Shown here: one piece after another, positions 18,806 to 28,353 of the stretch
How positions within the stretch are numbered: position 1 is the first letter of the stretch
How the letters are laid out: every line of letters starts with the position of its first letter
Assembly: GCA_025936795.1 (NCBI GenBank)
Contig: JAICSR010000002.1
Span: 1 to 40,218, forward strand
From: Ktedonobacterales bacterium
Lineage (GTDB): Bacteria > Chloroflexota > Ktedonobacteria > Ktedonobacterales > JADMIN01
Reading direction: 5' to 3'
DNA length: 40,218 bases
Made by a program: the position numbers and the translations under genes
Notes under the pieces: model-generated
Seen by the model: the letters and a program-made list of their open reading frames with translations, nothing else
Database searches by the model: none
Told to the model about the DNA's origin: nothing

Positions 18806-19357
18806 GTGACTGACCAGGTCTTGGTTCAGGAATGGCAGCCGTTCTTCATGACGCTTGCGGGCGCCTCGGCTGCGCTCGCTGGTCTCGTCTTTGTCGCCAT
18901 GTCGCTGCATCCATGGCCGATCCTCAGTAACCCCCTGATGCGTGCGCGCGCCTTCGCCTCCGCCTTTGGATTTCTGCTTGGGGTCGCGTGGGCGCTCATC
19001 ATGTTGTTGCCGGCACGCACCGCTCCGGTCGGCAGCTACTTGCTGATCGCCGTGGGGATCGGGGAGAGCAGTGTGCTCGTCTATCGGCAGTTCCAGGTCC
19101 GAAATGTTGGCATGAGTGTCGCGCGTGTTGTTGTCGCCGACATCCTCATACCGATTCCTTTCCTCGCGGGAATCATGGGGCTGCTGCTGCCTCGTTCAGA
19201 GGCGCCATTTTTGCTGCTTGCCATCACGGCGAGTGTGGCGCTCTTTGTCCTCTTTTTCCAATCATGGACGCTGGTGCTGCATAGCGTTCTTGGCGCAGAT
19301 GAAGCAGAGCGTGACGAGCCTCTCAGCAGCAGCAATCCGCAAGCTTCCAAAACCTGA
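18806..19357 (+). CDS. Hypothetical integral membrane protein (about 5 TM spans)
   Basis: The ORF spans 18752-19357. The start is placed at GTG 18806 because GAGGGGG (18794-18800) lies 5 nt upstream. The protein has repeated hydrophobic spans and no motif I recognise. Confidence 0.5.
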   Translation: MTDQVLVQEWQPFFMTLAGASAALAGLVFVAMSLHPWPILSNPLMRARAFASAFGFLLGVAWALIMLLPARTAPVGSYLLIAVGIGESSVLVYRQFQVRNVGMSVARVVVADILIPIPFLAGIMGLLLPRSEAPFLLLAITASVALFVLFFQSWTLVLHSVLGADEAERDEPLSSSNPQASKT

Positions 19358-19371
19358 AAGGGCATGGCTCT

Positions 19372-19461
19372 CCCTCCCCAACCCCTCCCCCGCTGTGGCG
19401 GGAGAGGGGCGTTCCAGATTCCGGCTCCCCTCGCCCGCAGAGCGAGGGGCCGAGGGTGAGG
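19372..19461 (-). repeat. GC-rich bipartite palindromic intergenic repeat (REP-like), copy 2, inverted relative to copy 1
   Basis: Lies between convergent genes. Hairpin 1 is cccctcccccgc (19382-19393) pairing with gcgggagagggg (19398-19409). Hairpin 2 is cccctcgc (19427-19434) pairing with gcgagggg (19442-19449). Its reverse complement aligns by eye with 916-1004. Confidence 0.7.
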
Positions 19462-19499
19462 TCTGGCGCCCGCTGCTAACGGCCGATCCAGATTCTGAA

Positions 19500-20366
19500 T
19501 TACTCGCCAGCGCTGGCGGCGCCACCATTGGCGCCTGTGTCGAGGGTGAGCGCTGCGGCGGTCTCTTTGGCGAGCGTGGGGTGGGGGAAGATGCGGCGCG
19601 TATAGGCGGCGGCGCCTGCATTACGCCAGATGGTGATGAGGTCGCGTCCCATCGAGAGCGTATCGCGGAAGGCATGAACTTTGCTGCCCGCCTTGAAGTA
19701 CCAGGTGATGGGAACCTCGCGAATCGAGTATCCGCGCAGTTGAGCCATATAGAGCAGCTCGACATCGAATCCCCAACCGCTGATGGTCTGATGGAAGAAC
19801 AGGTCGAGCGCGACCTCGCGCCGCAGCCGCTTGAAGCCGCATTGTGTGTCGCGGATACCAGAGACGAGCAGCCGCCGCGCTGCAACGTTGAAGGCGCGGC
19901 CCATCAAATGGCGATAGAATGGCTCGCCGATACGCTGCGCGCCGGGAGCCTCACGTGAGCCGATCAGCACGTCAACCTGCGGCGTCTCGACGGGGATGAA
20001 GAGCGCGAGTTCCTGCACGGGCATCGAGAAGTCGGCGTCGGCGAGGAATATCCAGGCGCCTTGCGCTGCCAGCGCGCCTGCCCGCACAGCGGCCCCTTTG
20101 CCAGCATGGGTGATCTGGATGAGGCGCAGCGCATGCCAGCGGCCCATCCACGCGCGTACCACAGCGGCGGTGGAGTCGTCGCTGCCGTCATCCACAACGA
20201 TGACCTCGACAAGCATCGGCAGCCGCTGGACGTATTCGTAGAGCCGGGCAAAGCTTTCGGGCAGCCTGCGCGCTTCGTTGTAGGCTGGGATGACAATCGA
20301 AAGTTCCGGTCGAGATGCGCTTGCGCTCACCAGCGCCTCGCTTTCGTATTCCCAGACGCCCGACAC
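19500..20366 (-). CDS. Family 2 glycosyltransferase (polyprenyl-phosphate sugar transferase-like)
   Basis: Motifs LSIVIPAYNEARRL, VIVVDDGSDDST and FLADADFS (DXD region). 288 aa. Confidence 0.85.
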   Translation of the reverse strand: MSGVWEYESEALVSASASRPELSIVIPAYNEARRLPESFARLYEYVQRLPMLVEVIVVDDGSDDSTAAVVRAWMGRWHALRLIQITHAGKGAAVRAGALAAQGAWIFLADADFSMPVQELALFIPVETPQVDVLIGSREAPGAQRIGEPFYRHLMGRAFNVAARRLLVSGIRDTQCGFKRLRREVALDLFFHQTISGWGFDVELLYMAQLRGYSIREVPITWYFKAGSKVHAFRDTLSMGRDLITIWRNAGAAAYTRRIFPHPTLAKETAAALTLDTGANGGAASAGE

Positions 20367-20483
20367 TGCTCCAAAAGGCGTAGGTCACGCCTCACACTTA
20401 GTTGTACGCCGAAAACCGCGCAATGCACACATCCCGCAGAAAAAACGGCCAGTCCAGCCGCCTGCGAGTGGCGTTGTGGTCGC

Positions 20484-23066
20484 TTACCCGGCGACGATGA
20501 CATCGCGCTGCGGACGCGCGCGCTCCAGGCGGCCAGCGGCGGCAATCGCTTCGCCGAGCGGGCGCGCGGGACGTGGCGTGTGGGCCAGCCCGCCAGAGAC
20601 GTGCGGCGCTGGCTCTGGCGCTGGCTCCAGCATGGGTCGTCGCACCGGCTCGCGTAGCGCGTTGGTCAGCACTTCGTCCATCGTGTCTACGGCGATGATG
20701 GTGAGCGCCTCCCTGATCTCAGCGGGCAACTCGTCGAGGTCCTTGATGTTGCGGCGCGGGAGGATCAGCGTCAGGATGCCCGCGCGATGCGCCGCGAGCG
20801 CCTTTTCCTTGACGCCACCCACCGGCAGCACGCGCCCGCGCAGCGTGATCTCGCCAGTCATGGCGACATCGCGGCGTGTCTCGCGGCTGGTGAGCGCCGA
20901 GATCATCGCAATCGCCATCGTCACGCCCGCCGAGGGGCCATCTTTCGGGATGCTGGCGGCTGGCAGATGCACATGGATGTCCACGCGCTCGTAGAAGTCG
21001 GGAGCGAGGCCCAGCGCATCGGCGCGTGCGCGGATGTAGGTGAGCGCGGCTTGCGCTGACTCCTTCATGACATCGCCCACGCGCCCGGTCAGCATGATGG
21101 CGCCGTGACCAGGCACCGCCATCACCTCGATGGTGGTGAGATCGCCGCCAGCGGCTGTCCAGGCGAGACCCGTGGCGACGCCGACCTCATCGCGCTCCTC
21201 AGCCTCTGTGGGGAAGTGTTTCTGCTGGCCCAGATAGGCGGGCACACGCTGCGCCGTGACGTGCGCCTTGTGCCGACGCCCCTCGGCGACGCGGCGCGCC
21301 ACTCGACGCATCACCGCGCCCAGCTCGCGCTCCAGATTGCGCACACCGGCCTCGTAGGTGTATTCGCGGATGATACGTCGCACGGCGTCGTCGTCAATCT
21401 CGATGCGTGTGGAGGAGAGTCCGGCGTCGGTCATCTGGCGGGGGATGAGGAAGCGACGCGCGATGTGCAGCTTCTCCTCCTCTGTATAGCTGGGTAGCTC
21501 GATCACCTCCATCCGGTCGCGCAGGGGCGCGGGGATGGTGTCGAGCACATTCGCCGTCATGATGAAGAGCGCCTGCGAGAGGTCGTAGGGAACCTCAAGA
21601 TAGTGGTCTGAGAAGCTGTTGTTCTGCTCCGGGTCCAGCGCCTCCAGCAGCGCTGCAGCGGGGTCGCCCCGGAAGTCTGAGGCGAGCTTGTCTATCTCGT
21701 CGAGGACAAAGACCGGATTGACGACACCTGCCTGCTTCATCGCCTGGATGATGCGCCCTGGCAGCGCGCCGACGTAGGTGCGACGATGGCCGCGAATCTC
21801 GGCCTCATCGCGCACGCCGCCCAGCGAGATGCGCACGAATTTGCGGCCCAGCGCCTCGGCGATGCTGCGGCCCAGCGAGGTCTTGCCGACCCCTGGAGGG
21901 CCAGCGAGGCAGAGAATCGGCGTGCGGCCCTCTGGCGCCAGTTTGCGCACGGCCATGTATTCAATGATGCGATCTTTGACCTTCTGCAGGCCATAGTGGC
22001 GCTCGTCGAGCAGGTCAGAGACGCGGCGCCGGTCGAGGTGGTCCTGGGTGCGGAGGCTCCACGGCAGGGCGGTCAGCCAGTCGAGGTAGCCACGCAGCAC
22101 GCCGTATTCCGGCGCCATCGAGGGCATCGCTTCGAGGCGCTCTAGCTCGTGCAGCGCCTTCTCAAGCGACTCAGGCGGCATGCCAGCGGCCTCGATCTTC
22201 GCGCGCAGCTCTTGCGCATCGCGCACGGCTGGGTCGTGGCCGCTGAGTTCGCGCTGAATCACACGCATCTGCTCGCGCAGGAAGTACTCACGCTGCCCCT
22301 GGTCTACCTCCTGTTGCACATCATCCTGAATCTTGCGCTCCATCTCCAGCACGGTCATCTCGCGCTGGAGCAGCACGACGGTGCGGCGCAGGCGGTCGGC
22401 GGGATCGAGCGTTTCGAGGATGTCCTGGCGTACCTGGATGGGTGGTTCGAGTTGTGCGACGATGTAGTCGGCCAGCGCGCCGGGGCGGTCAATGTTGAGC
22501 GCCTGAATGTAGGCTTCTTCGTTGAGGCGCTGGCTCAGCTTGCTGATCGCCTCGAAGGTGCGCAGGGCAGTGCGGGCGAGCGCCTCGATCTGCGAGGAGC
22601 GCGTATCTGGCTCGTCATAGGCCAGACCGCGCACCCGCCCGAACGGCGCTCGCTGTGTCCAGCGCTGAATGCGAAAGCGGCGCACGCCCTGCACCAGCAC
22701 GCTGGTGGCCCCATCGGGCATCTTCAGTACTCGGCTGATAACGCATTCGGTCCCCATTTCGTAGATATCTTGCGGGACCGGGTCGCTGATATGCTCAGAT
22801 CGCTGTGCGACGATCAGGATAGTATGGTCCACAGCCATCGCCGCCTCGACCGCCTTGAGGGCAGGCTCACGATCAATGAACAGCGGAGCGACCATGTGCG
22901 GGAGGAGGACGGTGTTGCGCACGGGGAGGACGGGCAGGTCGCGTATGAGGCCGCCGAGGGTGTGATCGTCGGCGCCATGACGCGGGTCGTCCAGGCCGAT
23001 GAAATCGCTTTCCATGCTCGGCGCGATGTGACGCGAGCGACGGCCAGCGCGACGATTACTCTCCAT
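20484..23066 (-). CDS. lon: ATP-dependent Lon protease (LonA type)
   Basis: Lon N-domain ([21 protein letters not shown]), Walker [10 protein letters not shown] and the catalytic Ser in [14 protein letters not shown] 23066 has AGGAGG 8 nt upstream. TTG 23069 is an alternative start. Confidence 0.95.
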   Translation of the reverse strand: MESNRRAGRRSRHIAPSMESDFIGLDDPRHGADDHTLGGLIRDLPVLPVRNTVLLPHMVAPLFIDREPALKAVEAAMAVDHTILIVAQRSEHISDPVPQDIYEMGTECVISRVLKMPDGATSVLVQGVRRFRIQRWTQRAPFGRVRGLAYDEPDTRSSQIEALARTALRTFEAISKLSQRLNEEAYIQALNIDRPGALADYIVAQLEPPIQVRQDILETLDPADRLRRTVVLLQREMTVLEMERKIQDDVQQEVDQGQREYFLREQMRVIQRELSGHDPAVRDAQELRAKIEAAGMPPESLEKALHELERLEAMPSMAPEYGVLRGYLDWLTALPWSLRTQDHLDRRRVSDLLDERHYGLQKVKDRIIEYMAVRKLAPEGRTPILCLAGPPGVGKTSLGRSIAEALGRKFVRISLGGVRDEAEIRGHRRTYVGALPGRIIQAMKQAGVVNPVFVLDEIDKLASDFRGDPAAALLEALDPEQNNSFSDHYLEVPYDLSQALFIMTANVLDTIPAPLRDRMEVIELPSYTEEEKLHIARRFLIPRQMTDAGLSSTRIEIDDDAVRRIIREYTYEAGVRNLERELGAVMRRVARRVAEGRRHKAHVTAQRVPAYLGQQKHFPTEAEERDEVGVATGLAWTAAGGDLTTIEVMAVPGHGAIMLTGRVGDVMKESAQAALTYIRARADALGLAPDFYERVDIHVHLPAASIPKDGPSAGVTMAIAMISALTSRETRRDVAMTGEITLRGRVLPVGGVKEKALAAHRAGILTLILPRRNIKDLDELPAEIREALTIIAVDTMDEVLTNALREPVRRPMLEPAPEPAPHVSGGLAHTPRPARPLGEAIAAAGRLERARPQRDVIVAG

Positions 23067-23420
23067 CAACGGTTCCTCCTGGTGGCGTTGTGTCCACCGG
23101 AGCGCGCAGCCTGCGTGTCTGCTGCATCGCGTGTAGACGCTGCCTGCTTCGCCGGGCCTCCGCCTGGATGCAGTATATCGCAGGCAGGCAAGCTCTACAA
23201 GCGAGATGGCGCGGTGTACGCGCTTCGTATGGATTCACGAGGATTATAACGACTCACCAGCGCCTGCGGGTACACCTGGCGCCAGAAGCCACCAGAAGCG
23301 GCCTGGCGCCACTGGAAGCAGACCAGTACAGGCCAGAGCAGGTCGGAGCAGCCTGAAGCGCCCACAAGGAAAAGAAGGAATGGTGGGAGGGGAGGACCAG
23401 ATGCGAGCTGACTTCGCGCG

Positions 23421-23483
23421 TATGAGCGCTATGAGCGCCGCCGCATGCGATATGAGATGCGTATGAGATGCGCATGAGATGTG
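23421..23483. repeat. Short tandem repeats: 2 x tatgagcgc, then 3 x tatgagatgcg (the third copy is catgagatgtg)
   Basis: Read directly from the sequence. The 9-mers are at 23421-23429 and 23430-23438. The 11-mers are at 23451-23461, 23462-23472 and 23473-23483. All are intergenic. Confidence 0.85.
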
Positions 23484-23846
23484 CAGGCTAGCGCTGGGAC
23501 CTTGTCGTTACTAGCGCGTCCTGAAGATGTATCACGTTGTTCTGCGTCACACAGACAAGTGTACGCAGACTGGCCAGCATATTGCACAGTGACGGCCAGG
23601 CGATGCGCAGCGTATGCGACATCTAGCAGGTAAGACCAACGTCTAACGCCGGTAGATGTTATATAGTGTAGTGTGTGCGGTATGTTGCGCCTGGCATAGC
23701 GGAAGCGGTGGGGTCTGGTGGAAACTAAAGCCTCCCTCTGGAACATCCTGACTGTGAGCGGCGCCCATGCAAGGGAGCGCTGCGCAGCGACATCGGGCAG
23801 CCAAGTGACCATGCCGACACTGATTCACCTGAAGGGGGCGATTTGA

Positions 23847-24059
23847 GTGGAGAATGAATTTCCACGGTGCCGCAAGTGCGGCGCAGGTGATCTAGTGCCT
23901 CTGTCTGACTTTGGAAGTCAGGGCGCTTCGATCCAGTTTAAGGCCTGGGTCTGTACCAACCCAAGCTGCTTGTACAACGTCAAAATCCGAAACGGCGACA
24001 TCATCATCAACGAGCCTGTGAGCGATGGCTCGATGTATACACATCGCACTCAGCGCTAG
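23847..24059 (+). CDS. Small zinc-ribbon protein (70 aa), function unknown
   Basis: GTG start with GAAGGGGG (23831-23838) 8 nt upstream. The Cys pairs are C8-x2-C11 and C36-x4-C41 (RCRKCG ... VCTNPSCLY). Codon third positions are less GC-rich than in neighbouring genes. Confidence 0.55.
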   Translation: MENEFPRCRKCGAGDLVPLSDFGSQGASIQFKAWVCTNPSCLYNVKIRNGDIIINEPVSDGSMYTHRTQR

Positions 24060-24214
24060 CGCAGCCGCGCGTTCACAATCAGTTGTCCTACGACTTTCGT
24101 GCGAGGCGCCCTATGAGGGGCTACTGCGCGATGGCTGGGCGGCTGTGTCGTGGGCGCGCGGCGCATCGTTTGTAGCGCTGCACGCGCGAGCTGATTTCAG
24201 CAAGGGGAGTGGTT

Positions 24215-25513
24215 GTGTTCAAGCGGTTACGCGATGGACTTTTCAAACGGCAGGACGCCGATCAGGACGCGCTCGAAACAGCAGAGGAGTCAGCGGAGGA
24301 GTCAGACGACGACGAGGCTGCTGCGGTTGACTTGGCGCCTGATGAGTTGGATGCATTGGAAGCGCCAGATGCGCTGGACGAGCAGGCCGCTGACCTCACG
24401 ACTCCGCCGCCTGCCGAGGCGCCCGCGCCGACCGCCAACCGCTCCGCAACGCCCATGCCATCTGCGCCCGCAGCGCCCGCTGCGCCCGTAGCGCCCATAG
24501 CGCCAGTGGATGAGGCGCGCGATGAGCTAGAGACGCCGAACGAGTTCGAGGAGGCCGAGGCGGCTGAAAACGTTGGGCAGCGGCGTGGCTTCTTCAATCC
24601 CTTCAAGCTCAGTCTGGGACGTACTCGTCAACTCTTTGGGCGGGTCAATGACTCGCTGGCGCACGAAGAGATTACCGATGACCTGTGGGACGAACTCGAA
24701 GAGACGCTGATCAGCAGCGATGTCGGCGTGCAGACGACCGAGCGCATCATGGGCATCTTGCACGAACGCGCCACCGCCGAGCAGATGATGCACGGCGCGG
24801 ACCTGCGCGCTGCCCTCAAAGAAGAACTGGAACTGTTGCTGGGCGAGCCGGAGCCGCTGATGTTCTCCGACACGTCGCCAATCACGGTGCTGCTCATGGT
24901 CGGCGTGAATGGCGTTGGCAAGACGACGAGCATCGCCAAGCTCGCCAATCTGCTGAAGCGGCAGAAGCATCGCGTGATGCTCGCGGCGGGCGATACGTTC
25001 CGCGCGGCGGCGGTCGAGCAGCTCAAGACGTGGGGCGAGCGCATCAACGTTCCAGTGATCGCCCACCAGCAGGGGGTTGATCCGAAGTCGGTGGCTGACC
25101 CGGCGGCGGTGGTCTTCGATGCGATGCAGGCGGCGCAGGCGCGCGGGACCAACGTGTTGATTGTGGACACAGCAGGGCGACTGCACACCAAGACGAACCT
25201 GATGGACGAACTGAAGAAGATCGTCCGGGTCTTGCAGAAGTATGACCCAGAGGCGCCGCACGAGGTGCTGCTGGTGCTCGACGCGACCACTGGGCAGAAT
25301 GGGCTTGCCCAGGCCAAGCAGTTTGTGCAGGACTCCGGCGTGAGTGGCGTCATCCTGACCAAGCTCGACGGCACGGCGCGCGGCGGCATCGTCTTTGCCA
25401 TCGCCTCAGAGCTGGGCCTGCCTATCAAATTCATCGGGACTGGTGAGCGTGTCGGCGACCTGGCGCCATTCAATGCGGAGCAGTTCATCAACGCGCTGTT
25501 CGAGGAGGACTAG
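24215..25513 (+). CDS. ftsY: Signal recognition particle receptor FtsY
   Basis: An acidic, Ala/Pro-rich N-terminal A domain is followed by an NG domain with GVNGVGKTTSIAKLA, DTAGRLH and TKLDGTARGG. GTG 24215 (VFKRLRDGLF) has AAGGGGA 6 nt upstream. GTG 24209 is an alternative start. Confidence 0.93.
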   Translation: MFKRLRDGLFKRQDADQDALETAEESAEESDDDEAAAVDLAPDELDALEAPDALDEQAADLTTPPPAEAPAPTANRSATPMPSAPAAPAAPVAPIAPVDEARDELETPNEFEEAEAAENVGQRRGFFNPFKLSLGRTRQLFGRVNDSLAHEEITDDLWDELEETLISSDVGVQTTERIMGILHERATAEQMMHGADLRAALKEELELLLGEPEPLMFSDTSPITVLLMVGVNGVGKTTSIAKLANLLKRQKHRVMLAAGDTFRAAAVEQLKTWGERINVPVIAHQQGVDPKSVADPAAVVFDAMQAAQARGTNVLIVDTAGRLHTKTNLMDELKKIVRVLQKYDPEAPHEVLLVLDATTGQNGLAQAKQFVQDSGVSGVILTKLDGTARGGIVFAIASELGLPIKFIGTGERVGDLAPFNAEQFINALFEED

Positions 25514-25684
25514 CGTGGTCTGGCGCTGCCTGCCGCGTGACTGCATACCTGTTAGCTGGTTGACGCATGCGCTCAAATGCGCGATGATAACGAGACTTTG
25601 CACGCGCGTTCAACGTTTGCCAGAAGTAATGGGTTGAGAATGCGTGGGAGCTAGCCCAAGGGAGCCGACGGGGGTGAATGACGC

Positions 25685-26569
25685 ATGAAGGATGAGTCGC
25701 AACCAGCGCTGACAGTGGCGCAGACGAACGGGGCGCATCCTGACACGGTGGCGCGGGCGTTGCCAGATAATCTGGCGGTGAAGTGTCCCAATTGCCGCGA
25801 GTTATTGCTGGGCAAAGACTGGGAGAAGAACCTCAAGGTTTGCCAGAAGTGCGGCCATCATTTTCGCCTCTCGGCGCCTGAGCGCATCGCGCTGCTGCTC
25901 GATCCCGACTCCTTCAGCGAATTCGCCAGCGACCTGCGCTCCAGTGACCCGCTGGGTTTCGTCGCGCGCTCTGGCTCCTACGCGGATAAGCTGGTGAGCG
26001 AGCGCGAGAAGACCGGGCTGAACGACGCGGTGGTCGTCGGCATGGGCAGCATCGAGGGGATACGCCTGGCGCTGGCAGTGATGGATTTCCGTTTCATCGG
26101 CGGCAGCATGGGCTCAGTCGTCGGCGAGAAGCTGACGCAGGCTATCGAACGGGCGGCAGCTGAGCGGGCGCCACTCGTGATCGTGTCGGCCTCTGGCGGC
26201 GCGCGGCAGCAGGAGGGCACCATCTCGCTGATGCAGATGGCGAAGACCTCCGCTGCGCTGGCGCGGCTGGCCGAAGCGGGCGTGCTCTATGTCTCGCTGC
26301 TGACCGACCCAACGACTGCCGGTATCTCGGCGAGCTTTGCGTTCCTGGGTGATGTCATCCTGGCGGAGCCGGGCGCGCTGATTGGATTCGCAGGGCCGCG
26401 TGTGATCGAGCAGATGATGCACCAGCGCCTGCCAAAAGACGTCAATACGGCTGAATTTGTGCTGAAACACGGCATGATTGACGGCATTGCGCATCGTCGG
26501 GAGGTGCGTGCGACCCTTGCGCGCCTCCTTCGCCTGCATAGCGGTGGTGAGACTCTCGCGGGCGCGTGA
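25685..26569 (+). CDS. accD: Acetyl-CoA carboxylase carboxyltransferase subunit beta
   Basis: N-terminal zinc ribbon CPNCRELL ... CQKCGHHFR, then a carboxyltransferase fold (FIGGSMGSVVGEK). Confidence 0.93.
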   Translation: MKDESQPALTVAQTNGAHPDTVARALPDNLAVKCPNCRELLLGKDWEKNLKVCQKCGHHFRLSAPERIALLLDPDSFSEFASDLRSSDPLGFVARSGSYADKLVSEREKTGLNDAVVVGMGSIEGIRLALAVMDFRFIGGSMGSVVGEKLTQAIERAAAERAPLVIVSASGGARQQEGTISLMQMAKTSAALARLAEAGVLYVSLLTDPTTAGISASFAFLGDVILAEPGALIGFAGPRVIEQMMHQRLPKDVNTAEFVLKHGMIDGIAHRREVRATLARLLRLHSGGETLAGA

Positions 26570-26599
26570 TCGCTCGTCGTATTGAGGAAGGACTGAGCG

Positions 26600-27580
26600 A
26601 TGGCATACGATCTGGATTTCGAGCGGCCGCTCGCAGACATCGAGAAGCGCATCAGCCAGCTTCAGAAGCGCGGCGAGCGTATGCGGCCAGATGAGCGCGC
26701 GCAGGTGGCCGAGCTTCAGCAGGAGCTAGCGCGCCGCACCAAGGAGCTGTACGCCGCGCTGACGCCCTGGCAGCGCGTGCAGGTCGCGCGATTCCGCGAC
26801 CGTCCCTATACTAACGACTACATCAAGCGCATGTGCGATGAATATTTTGAGCTGCGCGGTGATCGTCGTTTCGCTGATGACCGAGCGATTCAGGGCGGGG
26901 TGGCGAGCATCGGCGGCCAGACGGTTGTGCTGATGGGCCACCAGAAGGGCCGCGACCTCAAGGAGCGCGAGGAATGCAACTTTGGCATGGCGCATCCGGA
27001 GGGCTATCGCAAGGCGCTGCGGTTGTTCCGCTATGCCGAGCGCTTCCACCTGCCTGTCATCACGTTGATTGACACCACGGGCGCCTATCCGGGCCTGGGC
27101 GATGAGGAGCGTGGCATCTCGCAGGCCATCGCCGAGAATCTGCTGGTGATGGCGGGACTGCGTACACCGATTATCTGCATCGTGATTGGCGAGGGTGGCA
27201 GCGGCGGCGCGTTGGGCATCGGTGTTGGCGATAAGGTGCTGATGCTGGAGAACGCCGTCTACACCGTCGCGGCGCCCGAAGCGGCGGCCTCGATCATCTG
27301 GCGCGACAACGCCTTTGCTCCCGATGCCGCCCAGGCGATGAAGATTACCGCGCCGGAACTGCTGGAGCTTGGCGTGGTGGATAGCATCATCCCGGAGCCA
27401 GTGGGCGGCGCGCATCGCGACTATCAGGCGGCGGCGGAGAGTGTGAAGGCGGCGATCCTGCGCGAACTGGCGGATCTGAAGCGCCTCTCGACCGATGCGC
27501 TGCTCGATCATCGCTATCAGCGCTTCCGCGTGATCGGCCTGCAAGGCATCACCGAGGTGGTTGGCGCAGCGCAGAAGTAG
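26600..27580 (+). CDS. accA: Acetyl-CoA carboxylase carboxyltransferase subunit alpha
   Basis: Motifs RPYTNDYI, IDTTGAYPGLGDEERG and VIGEGGSGGALGIG. Starts 30 nt after accD. Confidence 0.94.
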   Translation: MAYDLDFERPLADIEKRISQLQKRGERMRPDERAQVAELQQELARRTKELYAALTPWQRVQVARFRDRPYTNDYIKRMCDEYFELRGDRRFADDRAIQGGVASIGGQTVVLMGHQKGRDLKEREECNFGMAHPEGYRKALRLFRYAERFHLPVITLIDTTGAYPGLGDEERGISQAIAENLLVMAGLRTPIICIVIGEGGSGGALGIGVGDKVLMLENAVYTVAAPEAAASIIWRDNAFAPDAAQAMKITAPELLELGVVDSIIPEPVGGAHRDYQAAAESVKAAILRELADLKRLSTDALLDHRYQRFRVIGLQGITEVVGAAQK

Positions 27581-27618
27581 CGTGTACTTGGTCGCCATCA
27601 TCTGAGTGGGCGATCCCG

Positions 27619-28353
27619 CTACTCCTGGCGCCTGGCGGCGTGATCGGTCGGCAGTGGCGGGCCGCTGCGCCATGGTGTGCGGCGGACGAATGGGGTCAGC
27701 AGCGCGAGCGCGACGACCAGCAGCCCCAGGCCGAGCGGTCCCCAACTATAGCCATCGAGTAGCGCAAGGAACAATGCGCCTGCTATGGTTACGAATCCAA
27801 CGGCGAGGAGCGGCGCGCTCTGGCGAATCGTCTCACCGTAGATCGAGCGGCGCTGCCACGTCAGCGCGGGCGCAGGCAGCCAGCCTGTGCCGATGCAGAC
27901 GCCCTGCGCCAGCAGCGCCAGCCCTGCGCCAAGCATCAGCGCCAATCCCCAGGCGGCGCCACTGGCGATCACCTCCGCCGCGTAGCCGCCGATGGCGCAG
28001 GCAATGAGCAACGCGGCCAGCGACCACATCAGCCGATTCGCCAAGCGCGCGGGCCGCTCGATGGTCGGCGCCGACCCCGCATGCGTGAGCGGACGCTGCG
28101 GATCGGTGGAGCGCGCTGTGCGACCAGCGGGAACTCGCAGTGTGAGCGCCGCTCCGCCGATGGCCGCGACAAACGCCAGCAACGGCAAGAGATGCGCCAG
28201 CCAGCCTGTGCCGACGCCGACCGCCAGCCACAGCAGCGGCAACGTGAGCAGCACACAGAGCAGTCCAAGGCAGCCGAGCAGCGTTTCGCGAGTGAAGCGA
28301 GCCGGCGGGGCCAGGTCTGTGTTGTCGTCTGTGGGTTGGCCTTCCTGGCTCAT
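27619..28353 (-). CDS. Hypothetical integral membrane protein
   Basis: 244 aa with about six hydrophobic spans. Convergent with accA. No motif recognised. Confidence 0.5.
   Translation of the reverse strand: MSQEGQPTDDNTDLAPPARFTRETLLGCLGLLCVLLTLPLLWLAVGVGTGWLAHLLPLLAFVAAIGGAALTLRVPAGRTARSTDPQRPLTHAGSAPTIERPARLANRLMWSLAALLIACAIGGYAAEVIASGAAWGLALMLGAGLALLAQGVCIGTGWLPAPALTWQRRSIYGETIRQSAPLLAVGFVTIAGALFLALLDGYSWGPLGLGLLVVALALLTPFVRRTPWRSGPPLPTDHAARRQE

Noticed and set aside
19116-19958. 280-aa + strand ORF spanning the end of the membrane-protein gene, the REP-like element and the antisense strand of the GT2 gene
   Set aside because: It is stitched together from an alternative frame, the repeat (giving GEG/PSP pseudo-peptide) and the antisense strand of a conserved glycosyltransferase.
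22149-23249. 366-aa ORF on the + strand opposite lon
   Set aside because: Antisense to the conserved Lon N-domain, with low-complexity composition and no RBS or motif. A high-GC artefact.
23070-23400. Heat-shock operators upstream of lon (CIRCE TTAGCACTC-N9-GAGTGCTAA, CtsR GGTCAAA repeats, HAIR CTTGAGT-N7-ACTCAAG)
   Set aside because: None of these words, nor close variants, was found in the lon upstream region on either strand.
23797-23805. GCAGCCAAG, a 9-mer identical to part of the SRP (4.5S) RNA domain IV, close to ftsY
   Set aside because: The flanking sequence lacks the GGAA tetraloop and the complementary AGGUC/GGUCC arm of helix 8, so it is not an SRP RNA gene.
23429-23812. 127-aa ORF on the minus strand in the lon / zinc-ribbon spacer
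   Set aside because: Its codon third positions are not GC-biased like real genes here. The composition (Arg/His/Tyr/Thr-rich) matches no family I recognise, and its 3' end is made of the tandem repeats. It is kept only as part of the anomalous-region finding.
23070-23846. Possible oriC in the lower-GC island, or in the 166-nt spacer upstream of dnaA (32429-32594)
   Set aside because: I saw no cluster of DnaA-box-like 9-mers and no AT-rich 13-mer-type unwinding element. The tandem repeats do not resemble DnaA boxes. GC skew cannot be assessed from one window.
26726-27745. 339-aa ORF on the minus strand opposite accA
   Set aside because: Same reasoning. It covers accA almost exactly and has no recognisable domain.
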